DNA of 64,000 bases from Chiloscyllium plagiosum (Eukaryota). The stretch's first letter is position 1. Each line of letters opens with the position of its first letter. A program made the translations under genes and the position numbers. Shown here piece by piece: positions 36,300-49,415 of this stretch. The stretch spans positions 16,584,192 to 16,648,191 of the forward strand of contig NC_057718.1 in assembly GCF_004010195.1 (NCBI RefSeq), in the 5' to 3' direction. The notes under the pieces are model-generated. The model had not been told where the DNA came from. It worked only from the letters and a program-made list of their open reading frames with translations, and did no database searches.

Positions 36300-38790
36300 A
36301 GATTTCACTGCCTAACAGAAGAGAGACAGAAAGAATAAACAGACCAAGGACCATAACCCAAGGACAATCAGCATCATCCTCAGGCCCAAGCCTGAAGCTG
36401 CATCTGCTTTTTTCCCATGGAACTCGAGAAAATCATTTCTGGAGCTATCCCTGTTTGGCATGGAGGCTGAACAGTACATAATGAGAAAAAGCAAAAAATA
36501 GAAATGGAGGGAGATATGCGAGATGCGTAAAGACAGAGAGATGAACCAACGGTGCTCCTCGTGCAGGCCTGATTTGTGGCAGGCATCATCAGCATGACCC
36601 TAGTGGTGAGGATACTTACCATTCTTTCTGACCCAGAAAACTTTGACCAGATCATCATTGTCAGAGGAAGTGGAATCCAAGTACATAAACCTAATGCAAC
36701 AAATCTATTGAGTCCACATATTTAACCAAAAGTACCTTGGGTGGGGGACTTTAATATGTATCACCAGCAGGACTTAGTGATACCGCTACTCACTGAGTTG
36801 GTTGAATGCTGAAGAACATAGTTGTCAGACTGGACCTACGGGGTGGCTATGGGGGCGGCACGGTGGCTCAGTCGTTAGCACTGCTGCCTCACAGCACCAG
36901 TCGATTCCAGCCTCAGCGACTATCTGTGTGGAGTTTGCACATTCTCCTTGTGTCTGTGTGGGTTTCCTCCGGGTGCTCCAGTTTCCTCCCACAGTCCAAA
37001 GATGTGCAGGTCAGGTGAATTGGTCACGTTAAATTGCCCATGGTGTTAGGTACATTAGTCAGAGGGAAAGGGTCTGGGTGGGTGTGGACTTGTTGGGCCG
37101 AAGGGCCTGTTTCCACACTGTAGGGAACCTAATCTACAGCAGACAGTGAGAGAAGAAGCTTCAGGAAAACACCAACTTAATCTGATTTAATCTACCTGTT
37201 GCACATAAATATACTCATGAAAATATTAGGAGAGCCCATCATGTGGAGACAGTCATTTCTTTCCCTTCATTATGTTCTGAGGCATTACCACTGTGTTAAA
37301 AGCAATAAATTCACAATCCAGATCTACAATGCACAATTCAGTATCTGCGAGGTGCAATCGGTAACTTCATAGTCAGGCATATCCCTTATTTTTACAGTTA
37401 TCATCAAAACAGAGGATCAAACCAATTTCAATGTGCAGTTCAAACAGTCATGCCAGGAGTAGATGTACCCCTATGCCTAAATATGAGCTGCAGACCTCAG
37501 GAAGGTAAAACACTGGGGCATACTAAACAACGGAGGCAGCAACCGAAAGGCAGAGTTAAGTAATTCTACAACCATCGGATCAGATTGAAGTTCTACTGTC
37601 CTGCCACTTCTCACCATGCATAATGGTGGACAATTAAGTAATTAATGGGACAAGGAAGTTTTAATGAACATCCCATCCATAATCATGGTAAAAATCCAGC
37701 ATGTGAGGGTAAATGACACACCTGAAGCTTCTGCATCCAAATGTGTCACGTGGATGATCTGTCTCAGCCTCCTCGTGATATCCCCGCCATCATAAATGTC
37801 AGCCTTCAACTTAGTCAGTACATGCGAGATTGGCTTGGAGTGACATAGCCACAGAAGGTGAGCTGGTCTCCAACTTTTAAACTGTAAAATACAGTTGAAT
37901 GAAGTAGCCCACATACCATTCAGGCTTGGTCTGATAAACAACAAATAACATTCACACAAGTGCCAGGCAATGATCTTCTTCATTAACATCACTGAGTTCC
38001 CTCCTTTCAACATCTGGTGGGCACTGACTATAAACGTAACTGACCCAGCCATATAAATGCTGTGACTAAAAAATGCATGTCAGTGGCAGCAAGTAACACA
38101 CCTTCTGACCTCACCTGCAAGACAGAGGTCAAGAGTGTGACTGAATTGTCTCCAATAACCTGGATAAGTGAAATTCCAACAACACTCAGAAAGCTTAAGA
38201 AATCCAGAACAAGGCAGCCTACTTGATTTGGACCCCATCCACCTTGAACGTTCACTTTCTCTACCAGTGTAGTACACTGGCTATAGTGTGTACCATCCCA
38301 AAGATGTACTGCAACAATGTTTGACACACCTTCCAAATTTGCAATTTCTTCTACTATAGGAACAATGGCAGCAGCACAACAGCAGAAACACAAACATAAC
38401 TGCCTGACTTGTCTTGTAACAGGTAGTAAGGCAGCCAACACAAGGAAAAACCTACTTGATCTCATCCTCACCAATCTACCAAGTCACCCCAACATGTATT
38501 GTTTTAATCATTCGTGAAACAAAATAATGGAACGTTCTGCCTAATGGCATGGTGGGACCACCTAAAGCACATGGACAGCATCAGTTCAAGAAGGCAGCTC
38601 ACCAGCAACTTCTCAAGGGCAACTAGGGATGAGCAATAAATGATGTCCCAGCCAACATGAACAAATTTAATGAATGCATCCCATGAATGAATTTTTTTGA
38701 AAAGTTCAAGGAGGCAGCTCACTACCAGCTTTTCAAGGGCCAATTAGGATGGAAATAAATCTTGCTCATGTCATCGATGCCCACTTCCTC
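36300..38790 (+). mobile_element. Old APE/RT LINE (CR1/L2 group), rearranged, interrupted by a SINE
   Basis: WVGDFN at ~36738 and GKNLLDLILTNLP at ~38443. The 3' end gttcaagaaggcagctcacc...caagggcaa.tagggatg..aataaat occurs twice (38584, 38704); another copy lies at ~49510-49800. Confidence 0.7.
36853..37135 (+). mobile_element. HE1-type V-SINE
   Basis: Head with a small deletion, V-domain, tail ...ttccacactgtagggaacctaatcta. Confidence 0.92.
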
Positions 38791-40577
38791 AGGATGATCT
38801 CAGCCCTTTCACAGCCCACCTGCACATCTACATTCATCAGGTTAGCAACTGATTGTACATGCATCCATCACTATATTTGCCAATGCTACAGAACACATCA
38901 TACAACTGGCTTAAGCTAATTAGTATTTCCTGTATTCACTCAGCAGATGTGCATTTAATGGTCCAAGAACGTAACTGCACTTTCAATGGAAATACTCATG
39001 TACTTATATGGCTGAATTAAAGTGGTACTCATGTCATGAACCGCCTTCTTCATTTTCTGTGCAAGTCTGCAAAGCCTCAGGCAAATCTGCCTTTGCTATT
39101 CCAAGCAAACCAAATTGTGAGTGATCCCCGGGTTTCTATTTCTGACCAGGTAAATATGATTGGAGCGTTCAAGATGGGAACTGTTCTATCTCCATCGCAT
39201 GATCCATGTGACAGTAGTTCCAAAGTCTTAGGTTTCATTGAGGTGCATATATCTGTACAGGCGGAAGGAAATGGGGACATTAAAGACTGTGAGAGGAACT
39301 ATGCTCTTGACGGCATTCAAATTAAAGGGAGGACTGACAAGACTGGAGTGAGAGCTTTGGGATACCATAGGAAGGGGAGAGATGGTGTCTTGAACTTCAG
39401 GGGAAAGGGATATGCGAAACATTTGGGGAAGCAAATTATGGGCTTGGAAGCACAGTGCCCAGAATTGCAGCTTTGATACATTAGAATTAACTTTGGTAAC
39501 ACAAGGTAGAAAAACAGCCATATCCTGGAGTGGGGCTGTGGGCATTACAGCCTGACAATCCCAGATACAGTTGAAAGTTGAATATTTGGGTGGTTTAGAT
39601 GTAACAATTAACAAGTGGCATGATCTAGCATAACTGGAGATACTGGTCCGTCATACGTTAGCACATGATAGAGGTGTGAATCTGAGGCTTTTGAGATTTC
39701 TTAATAGTGGCAATGACCTTTTAGCAAGGACCCTCTTTTCTGCAGTCAGCTAATAGAGTTGAGGTCTATCAACAGTGGATAGTGTGAATTCAGAGGTTGG
39801 CAGTGCGGCAAGTGAAAAGGCTGTCTCCTGGCAGCATTGAGGAGATCAGAGCTGTGGAAGCACATGGAGCAGGAAGGCCTGAATACCTTAGGGATGAGAA
39901 TTATGGGGTTTATTATGAGGAGGTGGGGAGATTGTGTGTTGCTTGTTGTCCATTTTATAGTATCCTGACTGAACATTATCCCTACTTCCACTTTATGGAT
40001 CATGGGCTTAAGTTGGCAGAGTGGATGTTGCAAATAAGTAAAGTTATAATGCATGAACTTCAATCTCTATTTGCTAGTCTTTTCTGTTAATTAAATATGT
40101 ACTGCCAAATAAAAAAGTCAGAACATGAAAACACCTGACTTTATTGCATTTATTGCAACTAGATGAGTGAGATTTTGCCAGACACAGGAATGGCAGTTCC
40201 CTTATAATTATCATAGGCTTCAAGCTGAGATAGAGAACACTCAAACAGTCATGAAATATTAGTAGGGAAGCCGAAGTAAAGGCATACCTTTGGAAGCCTA
40301 ATTGTGGATGCATAATAAACGGTGACAGGCCCATTCAAGAACAAGGCAATAGAGCAGCGCCTACAGAAAATAAGTAGATATTGGCAAGATTTTTTTTTTA
40401 GTCATTTATTTGAGGGTTTGGTTTGTATACTTATGCAACTAATTTAATTTTTAAACATTTATAATTTTTCTTCCCTCTCCTAAAAAACATTCCACAATTA
40501 TATAAGATTCATTGAGGACAAGGGTGAACATCCTGTAGCTCTGGTGTCATAAATGGTTCTCTAAATGCAAAAAAGCA

Positions 40578-40853
40578 TTTGAGATTTTGGAGATTTGTAG
40601 TTCAGGTCACGGATCAGATTGTAAGTTTGCTCGCTGAGCTGGTGGGTTTGTTCTCAGCTGTTTCATCACTATGTAAGGTAACATCATCAGTGAGCCTCTG
40701 GTGAAGCGTTGGTGTTCAGTTCCGCTTGCTATTTATGTAATTGGTTTGTTGTGGTAGGTGATATCATTTTCAGTTCTGCTTCTGGCACGAACAGCGAGCA
40801 AACTTACAACCTGATCCATAACCTGAGCTACAAATCTTCTCCAAACTCTCAAA
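40578..40853. repeat. Inverted PLE terminal repeat (arms ~40578-40636 and ~40792-40853) with hammerhead-like core on the minus strand
   Basis: Arms are reverse complements with a few mismatches. Minus 40691-40655 reads (A)CTGATGA tgttacc ttaca tagtgat GAAAC agctg. Confidence 0.8.
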
Positions 40854-40989
40854 TACCTACAGATGCAAACATGGTCACATTAGCCTGAAGATAGGTAACC
40901 ATCACCATCCAACTGACAGCCACCTACCAGCAACTGCACTTCCTACACGAATGTCTCAGGAAACAGGTGTGTCAAATTACCACGATGTG

Positions 40990-42858
40990 TCAAATATAAA
41001 CCATCTCTCAACACCCCACAAGCCAGGAGAACAGCAGAACACAACAGTCACAGAATGCTATAAGAAATGATAAACAATGCCCACAACTGACTCCACAAAC
41101 ACGAACAAGAAATTTTGTGCCAAACAATGCTGTACACTAACGTGACTGACCATGATTGGACAAGTATGCTAGAGTGAACCATCAACATTAAACAACAGCA
41201 GACCAAGACAAAGAAAAGACTAGCCCGACAAGAAAAAACAGTCCAAGCTCTCACACAGCAATGATTTGGACAATTCAGTGACTTGGATAAAGAACCTGTC
41301 TGACAACCACTCACAGACACGGATAAAGCAGTCCTAGTATGAGGGAGGAACTTCAACCACAGATTTTCTAACAGCACTGGAAAGCACCCTGAAAGGCAAC
41401 AGACTTACAGAAGAAGCCCAGCTGGCCATCAGATGGACAGTAGCACCATCACTAAGCAGGAAGAAAGAAGGGAACACCCTCAACACATTGGAAAGGAAAA
41501 CCCTGGAAGGACTCAGAAAAGACAGAAATACTGTAATCCTACTCGCAGACAAAGGGCACATGATTGTCATCCTGAACAGAACTCAATACATTGAAAAATA
41601 CTACTAACTGAATCCAACACCTCCCAATAAGTGGTGTTGGACCTGATTTACAGCTAGAAAACAGCATTACAGCATTCCCTGAATAAAATACACAAGACAG
41701 GTGAAATTAACAAGACGGACATCCAAAGAATGAAACCAGAAGGATCCAACACACCCGTTTCTACGGATTACCAAAGGTACATATGCAAGGGATCCCCTTC
41801 TGACCCACAGTCTCACTTCCTGGCACACCGACATACAGGCTGGCAAAGGAACTGTAACACAACTGGTAGAAGATTCAACCCACTCCATCCACTCGACCAG
41901 GAATTCATTAACATCATGAAAGACACCAAGGTAGAATATGACGAGGTCATGGTTTCCTTTCAACCTATCAGCATGCTGAATTTATCTGGTAAAGTAATTC
42001 ACATCAATAACCATCACCCTAGCCAAAGAAACACTGGCCTCACTGCTAGATGAACCAAGGATTCAAAAGCTGACAGCATCAACTCCATCAGCAAGGACAG
42101 CATCCTCGAACTACTAGACCTCTACCTCACAACCCACTCCACCTTCAACGACAAGATCTACAAACAAATCAACGGGATGTCTTTGGGATCACCAATGTCA
42201 GGACTTATAGCAGAAGTAGTTATACAGAGGTTAGAGCAAACAGCTCTTCCCACAATCCAGCAAGCTTTGGGCCAACTATGTGGATGACACCTTTGTCATC
42301 ACAAAACACAACAAACTAGAAGAAACCCACAAGAATATAAACAACATCCTTACCGGTATGAAATTCACCAACGAAGAAGAGAACAATAACTGATTCCCCG
42401 TCTTAGGTGTAACAGTAGAACGAAAAGCCAATGGAGAACTGCAGACCAGTGTTTACAGGAAAGCCACACACACTGACCAGATACTCAACTATAGGCACAA
42501 CCATCCAAACACCCACAAATGGAGTTGCATCAGGACATTATTTAAACAGACCAAAACATACTTTAGCACCCAGGAACTATGTGAAGCCGAGGAAAAACAC
42601 CTATACAATATATTCAGGAACAAGGATTACATTCTGCTGATTCCTGCGCAACAGACCTAAACAAGAAGACACAACACACACAGAGATTTTAGCCACCCTA
42701 CCATACATCAAAGATATTTCAGTGATGACAACCAGACTACTCCAACGCCTTGGTATCATGGTGGCCCACAAACCTACCACCACACTGAAACAGCTCCTGA
42801 TGAATTTAAAGGACCTGATACTCACAGTGAGCAGAATGAACACCATATACAAAACTGT
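40990..42858 (+). mobile_element. Penelope-like element (Penelope/Poseidon type) RT, decayed
   Basis: VILLADKG, YGLPKVH, MVSF, FNDKIYKQINGMSLGSPMSG, YVDDTF, KFTNEEE, TSVYRKATHT and TLPYIKDIS...VAHKPTTTLK in frameshifted pieces. Truncated at the start of the GIY-YIG domain by a CR1 tail. Confidence 0.92.
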
Positions 42859-43080
42859 TTCATGCAGAAGTCGGTGCATGTATGAAATAAGCTGTCGGGG
42901 AAGTGGTGGAGGCTGGTACAATTACAACATCTAAAAAGCATCTGGACTGGTACATGAATAGGAAGGGTTTAGAGGGATATAGGCCAAATGTTGGTAAATC
43001 AGACTAGATTAATTTAGGATATCTGTTTGGCACTGATGAATTGGACCAAACGGTCTGTTTCCATGCTGTACAACTCTATG
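42858..43080 (+). mobile_element. CR1 3' terminal fragment
   Basis: gaagtggtggaggctggtacaattacaacat...gaataggaagggtttagagggatat...caactctatg; matches 24590-24780. Confidence 0.9.
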
Positions 43081-46000
43081 TTGATAAGTGTCAATAAGAC
43101 ATATGTTATTAATGGGAGTAGGGATTTAAACTCGATGGTCTGTACACATGATGGTTCCATGACATTTCTTGCATGTTAAATGGATGCCTGAATCTCCAAT
43201 ATATCAGTCATAAGTTATGAAATCAACATCAGTTAGAAACTCGACAAGCTACACATTGGTATGAGAAAAGCCATCAAAGGCCATATGCATATGCAAATAA
43301 GGGCTGAACATTTGTCTGCGTCATCAGCTGGTTGCCTTAAATGCACCCAATGTTCGCTGACTGCCATCAGAGAAACCTAAATCTCTATGCAACCTTTAGA
43401 GGGACAATTGAAGTCTGATGTCAACAACTTAAAGTTTAAAAAATCTTGAACTTGAAACATTATGTTAAAAAGATGCGTAGCTGCAAGCTATCAACTTACT
43501 GTCTTCAAAATCTCAACCCTGAACCAACTCTTGAGGGTCATGTGAAAATTACTTTGCCAGATAAATTCAGCATGCTGATAGGTTAAAGATGTTTGAATTA
43601 AATTAAATTAATTGCAAATTAAATGCAAAATGTTGCACACTGAGTTTCAGTAGTATTTAAATACTCACTTTTGTAACTATTTGTAACAAAGCTGCACAAT
43701 TCTGGTACAGAGTCAAAGGCAAAAAAAAAGTACTCATCAAAACCAGACTAAAACCTTATGTACTCAAAATGTATCTCTCTAGGAAACGGATAATTGGATT
43801 GCTGATCTCTGAAAAGCTGCATGTCACGGTTTAAACTGGATATAAAGATGGAACATAACTCCACAATCTAAACCAGAAGCACTAATACATCAACTAATAC
43901 ACTACTTATTTAAAGTGGCAACCTTCTGGTTCCAGTCTGCACATCAATCGCATCAGTGTGTCCTCTCACAGTCTGCTAGTTTCTGTCAGCAACTGTTAAC
44001 AATTGCTTTAAAAAAAGAGCCAGGCAGAATGTGGGGTGAGCCAGACACAATCCACTCGGGATACGATTATCTAAAATCTCTTTGACCCTTCAGCTTTACC
44101 CATTAACAAAAAAAAACACACAGCACTGAAACACAGTTGCCTTTTATTTGAGTTGGTGCTCAGGAGACAGCTAAATAGTGCACTGCAATTAGGGGCACAT
44201 TAGACCTGAAATTCAGTATTTGCTGCATTCGAATAAAAATGACACAAAAGATAAAATGAGAATTCATTCCTATGTGAAGGTAAGGATATTTATTCCAATG
44301 CATAATGTTGATGCCCTAGAGAGCATTTACTGCGTACCCTTATTAAATGGTTATACATGAAGCCCATTTAGAATTGCTAACCCATACACTTGCACAATAA
44401 ACACATTCCCATCATCTGTACAACCTAAAGAAATGTTAGACTGCTCTCAATGTGGTTAAGGTAATGAATGTGATTACTGTAAATGCCTATAATTATATTA
44501 TCTCCCTTTCACTGCAAATACTGTTTATTCCATTTCAAATTCTCTTAAAACTCCCTCAAATGCGCACTTGATCATGCCCAAAATTTCTTGCTTTGTGTGG
44601 TCACCAATTCCCGACCTTCTAACATCAGTCCCCTTGCAAAGTACTTAGATTCAGGCCTTATGAAAAGGAGAGCCAAATAAATGCAAGTTACTGTTGTGAT
44701 TGAACAAATTGTGCTCACCTTGCAACTTCCAAATTTCAATAGGTATAATTATTATAAAAATATATTTAAAAATGAATTTTCATATTTGAATGATAATCTG
44801 AAAAACTGAAATGTCAGGTCAACTATAAAATATTCAGAAACTCAGGAACCATTTAAAAAAAAAACCACGAGAGACAACCTCATAATAATTAGAACAAAGT
44901 GAGCTATGCAGAGAACCTGCAGCATGTGAACTGACCAGCACATAGGGTTGTAGGCTGTATTGCATTCTTGGTAGAAAAAAAACTTTTGTTTCAAGGTGTC
45001 GTTAGTGTAAATATCCATTATTAGTATATACATTCACAAATAAAACTTTACTAAAATATTTTTAACAAAACTTGAATTATTTTTATTTCTATATTTCTTC
45101 CAGTTATTTACATCAAATTATTTGTGAAGTGGATAGTTAATGCTTGCACATAATCAATCAAAATATAAAATATAGTAAGCTATAATATTTCCAGCAATAT
45201 ATTAAGGACAATAACAGCATGCTGCTTAAAATGGAATGTATTTGTTAGGTTTTGCTTATAAACTCAGTATTATGGTTGGTTTTGTATTGATCATTTTACT
45301 TTTAAATTATTTGCACAGTATGAAAGTAGAAAGCATTTACTAAACCACTTTTAATTGTGCAGGTTACTGTAAACACAAATCACTTGAATACCTCCCATGT
45401 ATTAACGTGAAGCAGCTTTCAGTTCACGAGCTGCTGCTCATCGTCTTGAACCTGTCTTTGAAGATCACTATTTAAATTAATAAACAGACATTATCTGAAG
45501 CAATGTATATTCCCATAGCTTGTTAATTTAAATTTCTATTTCTCTTCCAAATTTAAATTTAAAAATGTACATGTATTCTTGTTTCTACTAAGAGTAGCTA
45601 CCCTGTATCTTTGCAGATTGTTCACAATTTGTTGTATCAGCGTGAAAATTTACAGCTTTTAAATAAGAAAATTAAGAAAATACTGTGCAAACAGATACCT
45701 AGTTCAGCGTTGTCTGAATCAAGATTGTATACCTTGTGTGCAGACCTCAAGTAAAAGAACATAATAGAGCACCTTGCAAGGCCAAGAAGCATATATTGAA
45801 AGGAAGTAAGAAACTAGGAAGGTGGAGTGGAAAGAGACCAAATAGAGCAAAAGTTCTCAGTATTGAAAAGCTAATCCTGAAATGCATTTATACACTGCTG
45901 AAAGCACTAGAATATCTCCTTTTCACAGGATTACCTTTAACACCGCACCACATGAGTGATTTCTCACTATTGTTGTTACTCTTCTCTATTTAAATTTTAG

Positions 46001-47135
46001 CTTTTCAGAAAAGCAGCCAAATAAAAATTAAATGGATAAGAAAAACATTTAACAAATATCTGAAAACAAAAACCTCAAGAAAATTCAAATTTTCAGCTTA
46101 CTACAGGCTGAATCAGTTTCTGACAAGTGCACCTATTCAGATGCTTTATCTGGCACTTTGACATGATCAGAACCCTGCAGGATAACTAATTTAGGTCACT
46201 GACTTCTCGGTTTCTCTTTCCACAGATGTAGCCATATCTGTTTTGTATTTCTAGCATTTTTGATTTTTACTTTATTTTATAATAAAAATGTGCTTAAAGA
46301 TCATGAAAGAAGAAATACTTGTGAATTCAGTTAGCTAAAACCTCATCTTAAATACAGAAACTTTAATATCTGCAGATTTTTAAATTTTTTTCAACATTCA
46401 GCTCTATTTTTAGGGATTTGTAATTCTTATGTACTATTAACTCTTTGCAATAATATTCCCCAACCTTCCAATTAGGTCTCTGTTTTGCATCTTACGACAG
46501 CACATCCTTCATTGACGTTGACCTCTGACATTAATGTCATAGGTGTCAAACAGCAAGTACTGCTCACGAACAATGCCACGGGGATCAGCCAGTTTCTTAA
46601 CTAACCTACACATTAGCAATTCTCCCTGTGTCATCAAAATTATTTCTGAGAAATAATAGCTTTCTATGTTATACAGAAATATATTCCAAGTGTGATTCTT
46701 GACTTTAGGCACTGCAATTAATTGCCAAATTTGGAATTGTCAAAGCTTTTTTTAAAATCACAAGGTCAGGAAGATGATCAAGCTGTAAAGGCAATGTTGG
46801 TAAAATGACATTATAAAAGATCATGTAAAGAATCTTCATGTACACAGATTAGAATTGCTCAATGTTCAGTAACCTTGGCAACGATGAAATGGTGTGAAGG
46901 AATAAATCACTTATTATATGCATTGTAATATGGAGTGGGACTGGTGGCTAAAAGGAGAGGAAGGCTAAATTTATTAGAACCACTTTTAGGTAGTACAATA
47001 TAACATAAACTAAAATCACAACTTATTACGCTTACTGCAATTTCCCAGAAACAGCCATGTTATAAAAAGATCTAATTTCTGAACAGAATCTAAGTGGTAA
47101 CAAATCACTTGTGACAATTATTTCTATCTAAAAAA

Positions 47136-49415
47136 TTAAAAATCACACAACACCAGGTTACAGTCCAACAGGTTTATTTGGAGGCACTAGCTTTTGGAGC
47201 ATTGCTTCTTCATCAAGTGGTTGTGATCAGGACCATAAGACACAGAATTCATAGCAAAAGGGTTACAGTGTCATGCAGCTGAAATGATATATCTAGATTA
47301 AGTGTTTTATCTTTTAGAATGGGTTTACTCATTTTGGTTCTTTAATATGTAAATCCCAGAACTTCTTTTAAGTCACATTCTCAAGATAACTTCAGGTTTT
47401 CTAACAGAAGGTGCCATCTCAGCTCATACAATGCATTAAAGGTATGAGGTTAAAGTCCATCTCTGTCCCAATCTTGAGTCAGACTGGTTCTACATCTAAA
47501 GTGGGATTTATAGAATATTACATGGATTGACTGTAGGTTATGTATTTTTTGAGCAAGCTAGAACATATCTGCAAATTAATTCTGCAGATACAAATTCACT
47601 CCATAAACTTATATGTGTGCGCATGCAGGAGAGATAGAGTGAGTGTATGCATGTGAGAGATTGTGTGGCTATGTGTGTGTAAGTTTGGTAAAGTATGTGT
47701 GTGAGTGTAATGGGGTATAAGTCTGTGAGAGGGTGGTGTGCATGGGTGTGAGTCGGGGGTTGGGTGTAGGATGTATGTCTCTGTGTATGAGAGAGAGCTT
47801 GTGTATGACCGAGGGTCTATGTGAGTGTGTGAGTATGTAAGAGAAAGACAGACAGAGAGAGAGTTTGTGTGTGAGAGATAGAGATAGAGAGAGAGAGAGA
47901 GATTGTGATATGAACCCGAGGTCCCAGTTGAGGCCATCCCCATGGGTACCAAACTTGGCTATCAGCCTCTGCTTGGCCACTTTGTGTTGTTACTTGTCCT
48001 GAAGTCCACCTTGGAGGATGGTCACCCGAAGGTCTGTGGCTGAATGTCCCACACCGCTGAAGTGTTCTCCGACTGGGAAGGAACACCCCTGATTGTTGTG
48101 TGGTGTCCATTCATCTGTTGCCGTAGAGTCTACTCGGTCTCGCCAATGTACCATGCCTCAGGGCAACCTTGCCTGCAGCGTATGAAATAGACAACATTGG
48201 CCGAGTCACATGAGTACCTGCCATTTACACGGTCAGTGATGTCCCCACTTGTAATGGCGGTATCCATGTCGACACTCTAACACGTCTTGGAGGAGTTGCC
48301 ATGACAGGGTTGTACAGTGTGGTCGATGTTGTCCTGAGGCATGGTACATTGGCGAGACTGAGCAGATGCTATGACAATGGGTGAATGGACACCGCACAAC
48401 AATCTCCAGGTGGGTGTTTCCTCCTAGTCGGGGAACACTTCTGCAGTCCGGGACATTCAGCATCAGACCTTCAGGTGACCATCCTCCAAGGCGGACTTCA
48501 AGACAGGCAACAATGCAAAATGGCCGAGCAGAGGCTGATAGCCATGTTCAGTACCCATGAGGATGGCCTCAACCTGGACTTTGGGTTCATGTCACACTAT
48601 AGACGACCCCACTGCACTATACACTCTCACACACACACACTTACATACTCACACACTCATGTACACCCTCTCTCATACACAAGCTGTCTCTCACACACAC
48701 ACACACATACACACATACAACCTCCCACACTCACACCCATGCACGCACCCTCTCACAGGCTTATATACCATCACACTCACACACATACTATACCAAGCTT
48801 ACACACATGCAAACACACACTCTCTCACATGCACCTGCACTGACATGCACACACACACATGCGCACACTCACTCTGTCTCTCCTGCATGCGCACACATAT
48901 AAGTCTATGGAGTGAATTTGTATCTACAGAATTATATTTGCAGATATGTTCTATTTTGCTCAAAAAATGCATAACCTACAGTCAATCCATGTAATATTCT
49001 ATAAATCCCACTTTAGAAACAGAACCAGTCTGACTCAAGATTGGGATACAGACAGATTTTAATCTCATACCTTTAATGCACTGTATGAGCTGAGATGGAA
49101 TCTTTTGTTAGAAAACCTGAAGTTATCTTGAGAATGTGACTTAAAAGAAGTTCTGGGATTTACATATTAAAGAACCAAAATGAGCAAACCCATTCTAACA
49201 GATGAAAGACTTAATCTAAATTTATCATTTCAGCTGCATGGCACTGTAATCTTTTGCTATAAATTCTGTGTCTTATGATCCTGCTCCACAATCACCTGAT
49301 GAAGGAGCAGCACTCTGAAAGCTAGTGCCTCCAAATAAACCTGTTGGACTGTAACCTGGTGTTGTATGATTTTTAACTTTGTCCACCCCAGTCCAACATT
49401 AGCTCCTCCAAACCA
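47136..49415. mobile_element. Neptune-type Penelope-like element as a ~2.3 kb fold-back (two inverted 3' fragments with GIY-YIG endonuclease relic)
   Basis: Arms 47136-48162 (-) and 48333-49376 (+). Left arm: PCHGNSSKTC...YSCDSANVVYFIRCRQGCPEAWYIGETE. Right arm: VGEHF...DLQVTIL...AEQRLIAMFSTHEDGLN. (CA)n-rich 3'UTR in both arms. Confidence 0.92.
49290..49330 (+). ncRNA. Hammerhead-ribozyme-like core in the PLE terminal repeat
   Basis: CTGATGA (49296-49302), a GGAG-cagca-CTCT stem II, GAAA (49317-49320), then gctagtg. PLE terminal repeats are known to carry minimal hammerheads. Stems I/III and the NUH site are not clearly intact here. Confidence 0.55.

Noticed and set aside
45391..45468. Exon-like minus-strand segment (taaatag|tgatctt...gggag|gtattc) with an agcagct/agctgct mini-hairpin
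   Set aside because: Stops in all three frames, weak polypyrimidine tract, no SDCCAG8 similarity; the hairpin is too short to be meaningful.
48385..48994. His/Thr-rich ORFs
   Set aside because: Translation of the (CA)n 3'UTR of the PLE; only the GIY-YIG part is real coding relic.
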